Assembly: GCA_030141605.1 (NCBI GenBank) | Contig: JAQGDQ010001820.1 | Coordinates: forward strand, 1 to 24,282 | DNA from: Tubiluchus corallicola | Taxonomy: Eukaryota; Animalia; Priapulida | Direction of reading: 5' to 3' | DNA: 24,282 bases | Shown here: one piece after another, positions 10,428-21,960 of the stretch | Layout of the letters: every line of letters begins with the position of its first letter | Position numbering within the stretch: the stretch's first letter is position 1 | Position numbers and translations under genes: made by a program | Notes under the pieces: model-generated | The model's input: the letters and a program-made list of their open reading frames with translations, nothing else | What the model was told of the DNA's origin: nothing | Databases searched by the model: none

Positions 10428-10743
10428 ATGACAAGAAAACCCTTTACTTACATAAATCTAAAAATACGTCTTGAATTTTATATCATACATACATACAAAC
10501 ATCTGACATACTGTCGTATTCCATACAGGGCTTGCGTCAGCAGTAACGCTGCATAAACACGTAAATTTAAACTCTCGCGATGACCGATAGACGCAGCCAT
10601 TTTGACGATAAGTCATGTGAAACAAGTTTAGATAACATTGTGTAAAGTTTGAAAAAATAATCAGAGCATTCGTAGCGCACACGTTACTAAGTAAGTTACT
10701 ATAGTCTTGACTATATCTTGTCAATAAGTTTAACAATACGTTT
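10428..10743 (+). mobile_element. Kolobok-like family A, left-end fragment
   Basis: atgacaagaaaa (10428-10439) is an 11/12 match to the reverse complement of the right terminus ttttcttgtcct. It follows another terminus, ttgtcct|ttaa (10415-10425). The body matches 6797-7058. Confidence 0.7.
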
Positions 10744-11166
10744 TTGAAATTTTATACCACTTACAAACTGCCTTTTTGCATGCAGGGCTTGCGTCAGCAG
10801 CAAAGGTGTATAAAGCTTGTAAATTTGGACTCCGCGATGACCGTTAGGCGCAGCCATTTTAATGGTAGGTCATTTGAAACAAGTTTTGATAACATTTTGT
10901 AAAGTTCGAAAAATAATCAGAGCATTCGTAGCGCAGACGTCACTAACTAAGAAAGATTTTAAATTACTGTATCTTGTCAATAAGATAAAAATAGGTTCTT
11001 GGTTAGTGAGTGGTGCACCCTGGAGGGTGAGTCAGCGACATTTTACCAATTGGTGAAAACATTTTAAATTATTAATCTAGTTACCTAAATCTTTCCAGCA
11101 GGTTAGTGAAATGCTAAGTAATATAGATTTACATGGAATTTTTTTTGGGTCGTAATTTAACACTTT
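10744..11166 (+). mobile_element. Kolobok-like family A, internal fragment
   Basis: Matches 6801-7228 (ttgaaattttataccacttacaaactgcc ... gcaccctggagggtgagtcagcgacattttacc). Confidence 0.8.
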
Positions 11167-11210
11167 ATTTCCCAAAGTACAACTACGTCTTTCAAGTTTC
11201 GAGTTACTTT

Positions 11211-11415
11211 ACTTTGTCAATGAAATTAATAACGTTTTTTGGTGAGTCAGTGGTGCACACTGGGAAGGTCAGTCAGTGACGTTTACCAGTTGGCAGGAAC
11301 ATTTTAGATAGCTCTTTTCTTGTAACAGAATACTTTCAAGCAGGTAAGTAATGTGGCTTTGTTGGGAGAAGGATTTTGGGGCATACATTTAAAATTGTCT
11401 TTTCTTCCCCTTTAA
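11211..11415 (+). mobile_element. Diverged family A relative ending CTTTTCTTCCCCT|TTAA
   Basis: Weak collinear similarity to 7030-7242 (ttgtcaat, acgttttttggt, gtggtgcac, agtcag, agcaggtaagt, cttttcttcccct). ttaa at 11412-11415. Confidence 0.6.
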
Positions 11416-11681
11416 AACAAGATTTCCCATCTTCCCCTTTTAAAACAAGACTTCCCATCTTCCCCTTTTAAAACAAGATTTCCCATCTTCCCCTTTTAAA
11501 ACAAGATTTCCCATCTTCCCCTTTTAAAACAAGACTTCCCATCTTCCCCTTTTAAAACAAGATTTACCATCTTCCCCTTTTAAAACAAGATTTCCCATCT
11601 TCCCCTTTTAAGACAAGATTTCCCATCTTCCCCTTTTAAGACAAGATTTCCCATCTTCCCCTTTGAAACAAGATTTTCCCA
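11404..11681. repeat. 28-bp tandem array, about 10 units (cttccccttttaaaacaagatttcccat)
   Basis: Direct reading. cttcccc recurs at 11404, 11431, 11459 ... 11655. Confidence 0.97.
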
Positions 11682-11790
11682 ACATGAAGCAACTTTATTA
11701 CAGAAAATGGATGCCATTCTCTGTGTTTGTGTTGCCTTTTGCTCATCAGGCAAGTTTGTGACGTCCTGTGTGTTTGCTGTTTTTAGAATT

Positions 11791-12618
11791 AAGGTAAAAA
11801 AGTCACAGGTAAAAATGTTACAGGTAAAAAAGTCACAGGAAACGACACAGGGGAAGAGAAGGCACAGGAAACGAGAAATAATCCCAGCCCTAGCCCTGAC
11901 TCTAAACCTTTTCATAGGCAAAATTGTGAGTTTTTTCCTGTGACCTAGCCAAAATTGTGACTAATTTCGTCTAATTTTGTGATTTCCTGTGACTTTTTTG
12001 CTAACCAACATTGAGATTTTTTCCATAATTTTTTCCTAGCCAAAATTGCGACTTTTTCGTGATTTCCTGCGACTCTTCCTAGCCAAAATTGTGACTTCTT
12101 CACTGTGACTCTTTTCCTAGCCAAAATTGTGATTTTTTTCCTGATTTTTCCTAGACAAAATAGTGATTTTTTTTGCGATTACGTGTGACTTTCCTAACCA
12201 ACATTGTGATTTTTTCCATAACTTTTTCCTAGCCAAAATTTCGACTTTTTCGTGATTTCCTGTGACTTTTCCTAGCCGAAATTGTGACTTTCTCCTGTGG
12301 CTTTTTTCGTGATTTCCTGTGACTCTTCCTAGCCAAAATTGTGACTTCTTCACTGTGACTCTTTTCCTAGCCAAAATTGTGATTTTTTCCTGATTTTTCC
12401 TAAGCAAAATCGTGATTTTTTTTCGCGATGACGTGTGACTTTCCTAACCAAAATTGTGACTTTTTCGTGACTTCCTGTGACCTTTTTCCTAACCAACATT
12501 GTGATTTTTTACATGAGTTTCTGCTTGTCAAAATTGTGATTTTTTTTCGCGATGACGTGTGACTTTACTAACCAAAATTGTGAGTTCCCCCCCCCCCCGT
12601 GACTTTACTACGGGTCAC
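11791..12618 (+). mobile_element. Family C element with expanded 3' array (cctagccaaaattgtga motif, ~11915-12590)
   Basis: Three 15-mers ggtaaaaaagtcaca at the 5' end, degenerate ccctag/ctctaa tract at 11881-11910, and 3' gtgac-tttactacgg-gtcac (12599-12618). Confidence 0.65.
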
Positions 12619-12804
12619 CGACTTGAGAGAAGTTGTTGGCTTGCACTATGACTGCTTGGCGTGTGTCTAATGACGACTGTTATTGGATTTCGTTTAACTT
12701 CCACACGCTTACAATATTGATCCAACTCTAACCAATAATAATTATAATACGCTCTTGTTAGGTGTGCATTATGCGAACTGCTATACAACAATCTCAGCTA
12801 GACG

Positions 12805-12890
12805 TGTTAATGAAGCAGGGAAGTGTACAGAGACAGGTGACAGCAAGATGATGGTGATGATGATGATGATGATGATGATGATGGTGATGG

Positions 12891-12939
<49 letters not shown>

Positions 12940-13041
12940 GGCGACGACGATGACGACGACGATGACGATGATGAATAAAATGATGATGAAGATGATGATG
13001 GAGATGATGATGATGATGACAACGATTACGATGATGAATAA

Positions 13042-13072
<31 letters not shown>

Positions 13073-13650
13073 TTAATGAAGCAGGGAAGAGACAGATGAC
13101 AGGTGCAGCAAGATGATGGTGATGATGATGATGGTGATGACAATGATGGTGATGACGACGACGACGATGACGATGATGAATAAATGATGATGAAGATGAT
13201 GATGGAGATGATGATGATGATGACAACGATTACGATGATCAATAAGATGATGATGATGATGATGATGATGATGTGTGTGTTAATGAAGCAGGGAAGAGAC
13301 AGATGACAGGTGCAGCAAGATGATGGTGATGATGATGATGGTGATGACAATGATGATGATGACAACGACGACGATGACGATGATGAATAAAATGATGATG
13401 AGGATGATGATGGAGATGATGATGATGATGACAACGATTACGATGATGAATAAGATGATGATGATGATGATGATGATGTTAATGAAGCAGGGAAGAGACA
13501 GATGACAGGTGACAGCAAGATGATGGTGATGATGATGATGGTGATGACAATGATGGTGATGATGACGACGACGATGACGATGATGAATAAAATGATGATG
13601 AAGATGATGATGGAGATGATGATGATGACAACGATTACGATGATGAATAA

Positions 13651-13684
<34 letters not shown>

Positions 13685-13715
13685 TTAATGAAGCAGGGAA
13701 GAGACAGATGACAGG
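12805..13715. repeat. Higher-order repeat of a ~200-266-bp unit containing imperfect (GAT)n; 4 units plus a partial
   Basis: tgttaatgaagcagggaag at 12805, 13071, 13278, 13477, 13683. Confidence 0.95.
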
Positions 13716-13904
13716 ATTTATTATTAAATTTAAATTTAAATATTTTATGGAAAGTCTTCTTAGTGAAAGAAAGCCCTCTAATCACGTACGATAGGCTTGA
13801 TCTTAACACTCGTGCCAATTTCCAGATTTCTCTTTTGAATAGTGGCCTCCCCTAATCATCAGAGAATAGAAGAGGAAAGCTGTTTCATTTACTTGCAAAC
13901 ATGT

Positions 13905-14197
13905 GTTTACAGGAAGGCGGGATGATTTTTCATATGCTATCCCTTTTTCAAGTTTGATAAAAAGTTGACATTTTAACACAATTAATACTGCAAAAGCGTT
14001 TCTGATAATTAAATAATAGATTAAAATCTTAATTCGCTGCGGGCGAGCCCAACTATTGATGACGTCACAAACTAACATGATTTTCAACGGCAAAAATATT
14101 CCACGAGCGTGTTGCACGTGTTTACGAAATAGAAAATTGAAGTGCAGTGCTACTGTAAGATATTTGGGTGTGTTGTACTAGAACTAGGCAAGTTTTA
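13905..14197 (+). repeat. Interspersed repeat family B, left arm of an inverted pair
   Basis: Reverse complement of 16767-17050. The ORF track shows the same peptides on opposite strands (KIMLVCDVIN...GIAYEKSS). Confidence 0.9.
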
Positions 14198-15033
14198 CAC
14201 GTGGTTACACTGATGTACGTGATGTAAACAAAGTGACGGCCTGCCAACTAGCGGTCAGCTTGTGAAATAATGTACCGGGTCCGTCAAAATTTTCTCAACG
14301 AATTTACGCGATTTACAAAAATGGCACTACTGGTCTTCCGAAAACTCGGAATTTCGCGTATGCGCAGAAAATTCTCATCCCTGTTAAAACCAACGCCATA
14401 CGTTAAGATTCATTCACTCATTCACCGTGCGTTTAATTCCTAAACAATTCCTCATCCTGCGAGCATCCTCCCAGCGCAAACTGCACAGGACCACCGAGAG
14501 AGTACAGCAACAGAACAGTTCGTGACAGGCTTCACCATTAAAAGCATTAGTATGCAGGCGAAGATACATCAGCCAGATAAAGTGAGATTTAATTTCTATC
14601 GACGTAACAAACGCAAAACCCCAAATGCGTCGAAATCAATCCGAAAATTAAAACCTTCGCAGCTCGGAATACGAGACGAATGGCTTCAATCCTTGCAAAA
14701 CCGGAACTGCGTTCCCTGTAACCCGGTGGAGCCGTTAATGCCATCTCAATCACGTTCAAATTCCAGTTGCACGGAAGGTTCAATGTTGGGGAATCCCAAG
14801 TTTAGCCATCAGAAGGTTTTCGAGAATGGCTTCCGTGTGCGAAGGGTTCGTTTGGTCCACGGGAATGTCCAAAGAGGGTGAAAGTGCGAAGTCTATAATA
14901 AATGAAGCCGTTGATTGTAGCGTTGACTCTTTGCACGACAAGAGCATCTGTATGTAAAATGCCAATGAAGGAGCTAAAGCCAACAGTTTCTTGGGCTAAA
15001 GTTCGGTGAAAAATTTTGCTTCTAGACAAAGGC

Positions 15034-15670
<637 letters not shown>

Positions 15671-16000
15671 GATTAGAGATTAGATTAGATTTAGATTGGA
15701 TTAGTTTACTACAGCATGAAAGGCACACAGAAACATGAAAACATTGCTTTACGCTACAATGAAGCACTACTACATTTTTAGTAACAGGAGAGAATTGTTA
15801 GACAAAATGGAAAGAGACATGAACAAGGAAGCAAGAAAGAGAAACCAAACACTGAAGTTGTACTCATACACGAACAGACATTGACTCTCTCTTCTTTGTA
15901 ATCTATAAACTTACATGATGGGCAACAATTCGCTTTTCTGTAGCTCTATCGGCAAATTGATTCCATGAAATTCCATTTTTCAGCTGCTATAAGAGAAATT
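15671..16000 (-). mobile_element. Possible decayed L2/CR1-type LINE 3' end
   Basis: The minus strand reads WN(frameshift)LPIELQK near 15930-15966, resembling the WNxLP motif, and ends in a (tctaa)n-like tail at 15671-15705. Weak evidence. Confidence 0.3.
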
Positions 16001-16036
16001 TCTCTGCATGTGACAAAGCAGCCAGACGTCATTTTA

Positions 16037-16560
16037 ACGTTATGAGTGTGACATCGTCATCATACGTTATGAGTGTGACATCGTCATCATACGTTATGAG
16101 TGTGACATCGTCATCATACGTTATGAGTGTGACATCGTCATCATACGTTATGAGTGTGACATCGTCATCATACGTTATGAGTGTGACATCATCATCATAC
16201 GTTATGAGTGTGACATCATCATCATACGTTATGAGTGTGACATCGTCATCATACGTTATGAGTGTGACATCGTCATCATACGTTATGAGTGTGACATCAT
16301 CATCATACGTTATGAGTGTGACATCATCATCATACGTTATGAGTGTGACATCGTCATCATACGTTATGAGTGTGACATCGTCATCATACGTTATGAGTGT
16401 GACATCATCATCATACGTTATGAGTGTGACATCGTCACCATACGTTATGAGTGTGACATCGTCATCATACGTTATCAGTGCGACATCATCATCATACGTT
16501 ATGAGTGTGACATCATCATCATACGTTATGAGTGTGACATCATCATCATACGTTATGAGT
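16037..16560. repeat. 27-bp minisatellite, about 19 units (ttatgagtgtgacatcRtcatcatacg)
   Basis: Direct reading. It equals the MSVTSSSYV x19 ORF. Confidence 0.98.
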
Positions 16561-16766
16561 TACAACTGAAGTTACTGAACCGATGCGGCACACGGCTTTG
16601 CTTTAAACACATGTCACGTGACGGTTGTAGTTAAGACTAGTTCTTCGCTGTTACATGCATTTCGCCATTCGCTGGTTAGACGGGCTGTAACTCTCAGTTA
16701 AGATGTGTTAGATTGTGACGAACTGCACATGTTTGACAGCTCATTTTGAAATTTGAAATTTTAACT

Positions 16767-17050
16767 TAAAACTTGCCTAGTTTTAGTACAACACACTCAA
16801 TATCTTACACTAGCACTGCACTTCAATTCTCTCTCTCGCAAATACGTGTAACACGCCCGTGGAATACTTTTGCCGTTCAAAATCATGTTAGTTTGTGATG
16901 TCATCAACACTTGGGCTCACCCGCTGTTAATTAAATTTTTAATCTGTTATTCAAGTATCAGAAATCTATGTAAAAATGTTAAAATGTATGCCTTTATTGG
17001 ACTTGAAAATGGGATAGCATATGAAAAATCATCCTGCCTTCCTTTGAAAC
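16767..17050 (-). repeat. Interspersed repeat family B, right arm of an inverted pair
   Basis: Reverse complement of 13905-14197. Confidence 0.9.
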
Positions 17051-17191
17051 AGGTTTTTTGCCAGATTTCAAGGATGCAGACATCAGCAAACTGGCAGTAA
17101 AGCAACAATTCGAAACAAATGGCTCCACTTAGAACAAAGAGAGGGTGCAAAAGCAGGTGCACAGTGCAATGCGCATTTTAATACCCTACAA

Positions 17192-17674
17192 CAGGGGTGT
17201 GCAAATTATCCGACTAGCAGGGCCACATTAAACTTTCCCGCAATTCCTGCGGGCCACATGCAGTTTGATCAAGGAGCCAAGTACAGAAAGGCCTGATAAC
17301 GATTTTTTTTGCATCCGACCTGCGTACATCATTGCTACTACACTCAAGAAGCTATTTTAGAAGTTATTAAAATTTATATTACAAACCATATATTTCTACT
17401 TTCAGGACAGATAGTGGTAATTTCATTACAATGCATATTAGTAATGTGTATCACACAGTCTGTGTAGTACAGTGTTATTAAGCTACAGCCATCTTGTAAG
17501 GGTTAATGGCATCCGATCTAGTAGAAAAAACTACCCGCACTATCTTTGAGATCGTGGCACGGACTTCAGCTGAATACAGTCAATTAATCGCCCGGGCCGC
17601 ACTTTCATTAGGTTGACAAATCTCTTTGCGGGTCGCACAAATTCTCCCGGCGGGCCGCAATTTGCACACCCCTG
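17192..17674. mobile_element. hAT (Charlie-like) MITE, 483 bp
   Basis: Perfect 16-bp TIRs caggggtgtgcaaatt / aatttgcacacccctg. 8-bp TSD ccctacaa / gcctacaa (7/8). No ORF. Confidence 0.88.
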
Positions 17675-18079
17675 GCCTACAACTTAGCATCTCCTGCCGA
17701 GGACAGTTGGAAGTCAACTCCGCCACCGTAGCCAAACTGCACCACTTTCCTGGACACGCCACGTACGTACGTACAGACATTCCGTGAATCACATGGCGGT
17801 TAAATTGGATCAAGTGAACTGCATGTCTATCAGACATTCATTGTCGTGCAAGGTGAAACATTATTACAATATTCCTATGCAAACCGAATAGAATTGCGCG
17901 CCGTCGAATGTCGATTGCTTCTCAGAAGTCGGTTCAACTTTGTACAATAAAAATTATACTACGCGAGAGTAACGCATATGTAATGGGAGTAGAAAGCGTT
18001 ACAGTAATACGACCATCTTAATGGTCACTGCGTGTCAAAAGGTCATCAAAGAGACAGTGACTTACTGTAGCTACGTGAC

Positions 18080-18373
<294 letters not shown>

Positions 18374-18466
18374 CTGGACTCATTTGGCTACACTACTGTA
18401 GCGCATGACACGAGAAAGAGGAGAAAGAAGAGAGTGCCTTCTGTGTAAAAATGTTGTGGAAAAGAT

Positions 18467-18640
18467 CCTCTTACTCTTGTCAATGACCTAAGGAGTCGCC
18501 AGGCTTGGAGGCACCCTCCTTTCTCCTGGGGAGAAAAAAAAGAGAGAGTCCTCAGTGTTTCGATATGTCGCTGATAAAATCCCTTTACTCTTCAATGAGC
18601 TAAAGAGTCGCCAGGCTAGAAGGCACCCCCCTCCTCCTGG
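18467..18640. repeat. Two diverged ~60-bp direct repeats
   Basis: ttactctt..caatga.ctaa.gagtcgccaggct.g.aggcaccc...ctcctgg at ~18467-18528 and ~18582-18640. Confidence 0.8.
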
Positions 18641-19016
18641 ATTCATTTAGAGCAGAAACTGCTTGGAAGAAGCCAATTCGCGTGTGACAGAAGCGAAGAG
18701 AACGGATGCCACCCTGGCAACAGCAGCTTTCCGGTGATGCTTTCACGATTTTCACGACAGAGCTGCTTCTACACAAAGGTGCAATTGAAGTCGACAAAGC
18801 CCAGTGTCTGCAGAGCTATTCAAATATTTCCGAATTCACATTCGAAAGTCGTTTCAGAGTTTTTAGACGAACCACAGCGCCCCCGTGTGTCGGCAACAGC
18901 TAGACATCAATTATGTCTTGCCTGGTTGAAGTGCCATTTTCTATTTGCTCAATTAACATGTGGAAATTGGGTACAGGAGTCCGATTTGATTGGAAGTTCA
19001 TCATTGATTGATGCAC

Positions 19017-19471
19017 TGTCAGCCAACTGTCGTCAGCGATTATAAATGTAGTCCACATAGTGTCAACAACAACTCACACTATCAGTCCTGTACAAGTCAG
19101 CAATGGTGTCAGCCAACTGTCGTCAGCGATTATAAATGTAGTCCACATAGTGTCAACAACAACTCATACTATCAGTCCTGTACAAGTCAACAATGGTGTC
19201 AACCAAGAGTCGTCAGCGATTATAAATGTAGTCCCTCATAGTGTCAACAACAACTCACACTATCAGTCCTGTACAAGTCAGCAATGGTGCAACCAACAGT
19301 CGTCAGCGATTATAAATGTAGTCCCCCATAGTGTCAACAACAACTCACACTATCAGTCCTGCACAAGTCAGCAGCAATGGTGCAACCAACAGTCGTCAGC
19401 GATTATAAATGTAGTCCACATAGTGTCAACAACAACTCATACTATCAGTCCTGTACAAGTCAGCAATGGTG
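19017..19471. repeat. 90-93-bp tandem array, 5 units
   Basis: gtcgtcagcgattataaatgtagtcc recurs five times at about 90-bp spacing. Confidence 0.96.
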
Positions 19472-19685
19472 CATGCCCAAAAGATAAAGAATCTATTAAC
19501 TATCAAGTCTCAATATAAAAATTCGATTATTTAATGCTTACGCTACCACGTGAAATTGTGTTTGTGTGGTAATAACTATTTCACGTAAGTCATTTTTGAA
19601 AAAAATAGCATGTTTCCTTTCAATGTTTTAAAGAGTAGATTGTTTTGACCTGCAGTTTAAGACTGGGTCCCGTTTTTGCTTTAAC

Positions 19686-20180
19686 ATAAAACTTCGATTA
19701 TTTAATGCTTACGTTACCAGCATATTTATGTACAACAGCGAAACTTGGGGTTTAACGATTACTCAAGAAATGCAGATTGACACATTTCATAGAAGTCTTC
19801 TTAGGAAAGTTTTAAACATAAGATGATCACATAATCAAAAATGAAGATTTATACACCAGAACGAAAAAAAATTCCTTGGAGTTCAAAAGTAAAGATCGGA
19901 AGATTAAGACGGCTAGGACATCTTCTAAGATTACCAAATGAAGCACCAGTAAGCATCACCTTAAAGGAAGCCTTAAAACCTTGCAAAAAACCACCTGGTA
20001 AACCTAAAAACAACTTGGATAAGTAAGATAAATAAAGATGTTCAACAACTTCAACCAAATCTATCTTTAGGAATAGAAGAACTTACACTGTTAGCTGCAG
20101 AAAGGAGTGGGTGGAATACTATGATAAATGTTGATACCTCAATGCCTTACAATAGATGGAATGAGACTTTGAAGAAGAGA
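19686..20180 (+). mobile_element. RTE-clade LINE, decayed 3' end of the reverse-transcriptase ORF
   Basis: Reads IKLRLFNAYVTSIFMYNSETWGLT...IDTFHRSLLRKVLNIR*(19824), then across frameshifts IKNEDLY, RLRRLGHLLRLP, PGKPKTTW, LAAERSGW. These are the RTE YxSETW, RLRWxGH, GRPxxTW and DRxxW motifs. Short gaagaaga tail. Confidence 0.88.
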
Positions 20181-20530
20181 CAGATGGCGTCTTTTTGCCT
20201 TTTCTCTACAAACTTGCTCCATTGTTCGAAGCTTTAAATTAGTAAAGGATTAAATCTTGAAGAAATAATGTTGGATGTGGTTCTGGAGAGCATACTCCAC
20301 AAAAGAGCTTACACATGAGTGGTAAATTCTTAATTTTTTTAACACACAACAAGTTCTTCTGAGTCTTGTCAAGGTCGTAATCGTTAAGCACGTTTAATGG
20401 GCACATTGGCTTCCTTAACGTATACGTTGTATTAGTGTATCCAAAATACATGTATGCTCTCATGTCAACAACAAAAACCGGAAAGCAATCTTTTACGGCT
20501 TCCTTATCCTGTTGGTAAATACTAGGAAGG

Positions 20531-20898
20531 AGTTTACAAATCCCTACACGGTTTAAATTTCCGAACCCTAATACAAGCCTATCCCTAAGCCTAACACAAC
20601 CCTAACTCTAACCCTAATACAAGCCTATCCCTAAGCCTAACACAACCCTAACTCTAACCCTAATACAAGCCTATCCCTAAGCCTAACACAACCCCAACTC
20701 TAACCCTAATACAAGCCTAACCCTAAGCCTAACTAACACTAACCCCAACCCTAAACCAAACCCTAGCTCTAACCCAACCTTAACCCTAACCCTAACCCTA
20801 ACTCTAAGCCAAACTGTAGCTCTAACCCAACCTCAACCCTATCCCTAATCCTTATCCGCTTCACGAACTAATTTCTCGTGTTTGAGGAATCGTAAACT
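20531..20898 (+). mobile_element. Family D MITE-like element with an internal telomere-like tract (46-bp unit x ~3.6, then degenerate CCCTAA)
   Basis: Inverted ends agtttacaaatcc / ggaatcgtaaact. aaccctaatac at 20564, 20610, 20656, 20702. It shares ccgcttcaYgaacWaatttctYgtgt with 22555-22992. Confidence 0.7.
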
Positions 20899-21689
20899 TT
20901 AGCCAAGTATTAGCACACGGACAATTAACAATCCTGCAAAAGCCACGACACACAAAATTGTGAAGTTGAACAAACAAAACATTTCTCCGTTAGTTTTCTT
21001 ACCTTATGGATATGCCTAATCACTTAGGGCACAGAATCCATCTCACTAATTAGCTGGCAGGCTCATTAAGCCTTCGTTCGTAACGCTATGTTAATCACGC
21101 TCGCTGATGTAATAGTCTTTTTATCATATTTCATTCGCGCACCTAATGTTCATGCAATTGCCCACGACGATGCCCCGGCCAGCACCTTATGTCCATCTCT
21201 TAACATCGCTGATGAGCTCTGGGTTAATGCGGTCCTCATAAATATGTGGAAACGGCGTCCAATAAGAGTGGCGACAATATCGCGTGCGAATGGAAACTGA
21301 TCGATGATAGAATACGTTTAAACAATCGCCATTCACCGGGCCCAATCAGGACAGCTGCAAAATAGGAGCATAAATCTGCGGCCGATGAATATGGATAGAG
21401 CAGGCTGGTCCAATCACAGCCTAATGAGCACAAAGGAAAGAGGTACACCCATCACGACGTCTCCCGCGCAACTCTACCGCCTCTTTCCCGCGCCGCAGCT
21501 CCTGCCTACACGTCAATATTATCCGCTTTACATAATGCCTTCCCGCATGAATCAATACGCTGCTGCTGCTCTTGCTGCCGAACTCCGGCAATGATAATGA
21601 TGACGCTGCCGACCAGAAGATGCGTCAATTGTGAGCAAGCGCATTTTTCAACTTCTTCCGAAGAAGTATTACTGGGCTCATACAAAAAA

Positions 21690-21960
21690 AAACAATTTGG
21701 GTATTAGATGGGCAAAGAGAAATTCAAACAAATCTGTATGAAAAAATAAAGGAAGAACCTTGGATAACAAAAATGAAAATAAAAATTTAAGATGGATTAG
21801 GCATTGTTTAGACTACCTGAAGATATTCCAGCGAAGATAGATGTTCAACAAGCCATAGAACCAGCTAAAAAGACAAATGTTAACATATTTAGATTTTGCA
21901 CAGAAAGATTTAAACACTTCAGCATTGATCCTTAAAGACAGAAGCACTTGGGGCTATTGC
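21690..21960 (+). mobile_element. Second, more decayed RTE-clade LINE 3' fragment
   Basis: Across frameshifts reads LGIRW, LYEKIKEEPW, LRWIRH, RLPEDIPAK, AIEPAKK, KDL, KDRSTW, collinear with 19810-20120. Confidence 0.72.

Noticed and set aside
3572-11681. Regularly spaced short repeats (28, 32, 74, 103 bp) as CRISPR arrays
   Set aside because: Units are head-to-tail with no unique spacers, there are no cas genes, and the context is eukaryotic.
12755-13818. Poly-Met, poly-Ile, poly-Ser and poly-His ORFs
   Set aside because: Frames of the (GAT)n repeat.
14522-15029. Overlapping 64-119-aa ORFs in unique sequence
   Set aside because: No domain I can recognise, and ORFs are on both strands. A homology search would be needed.
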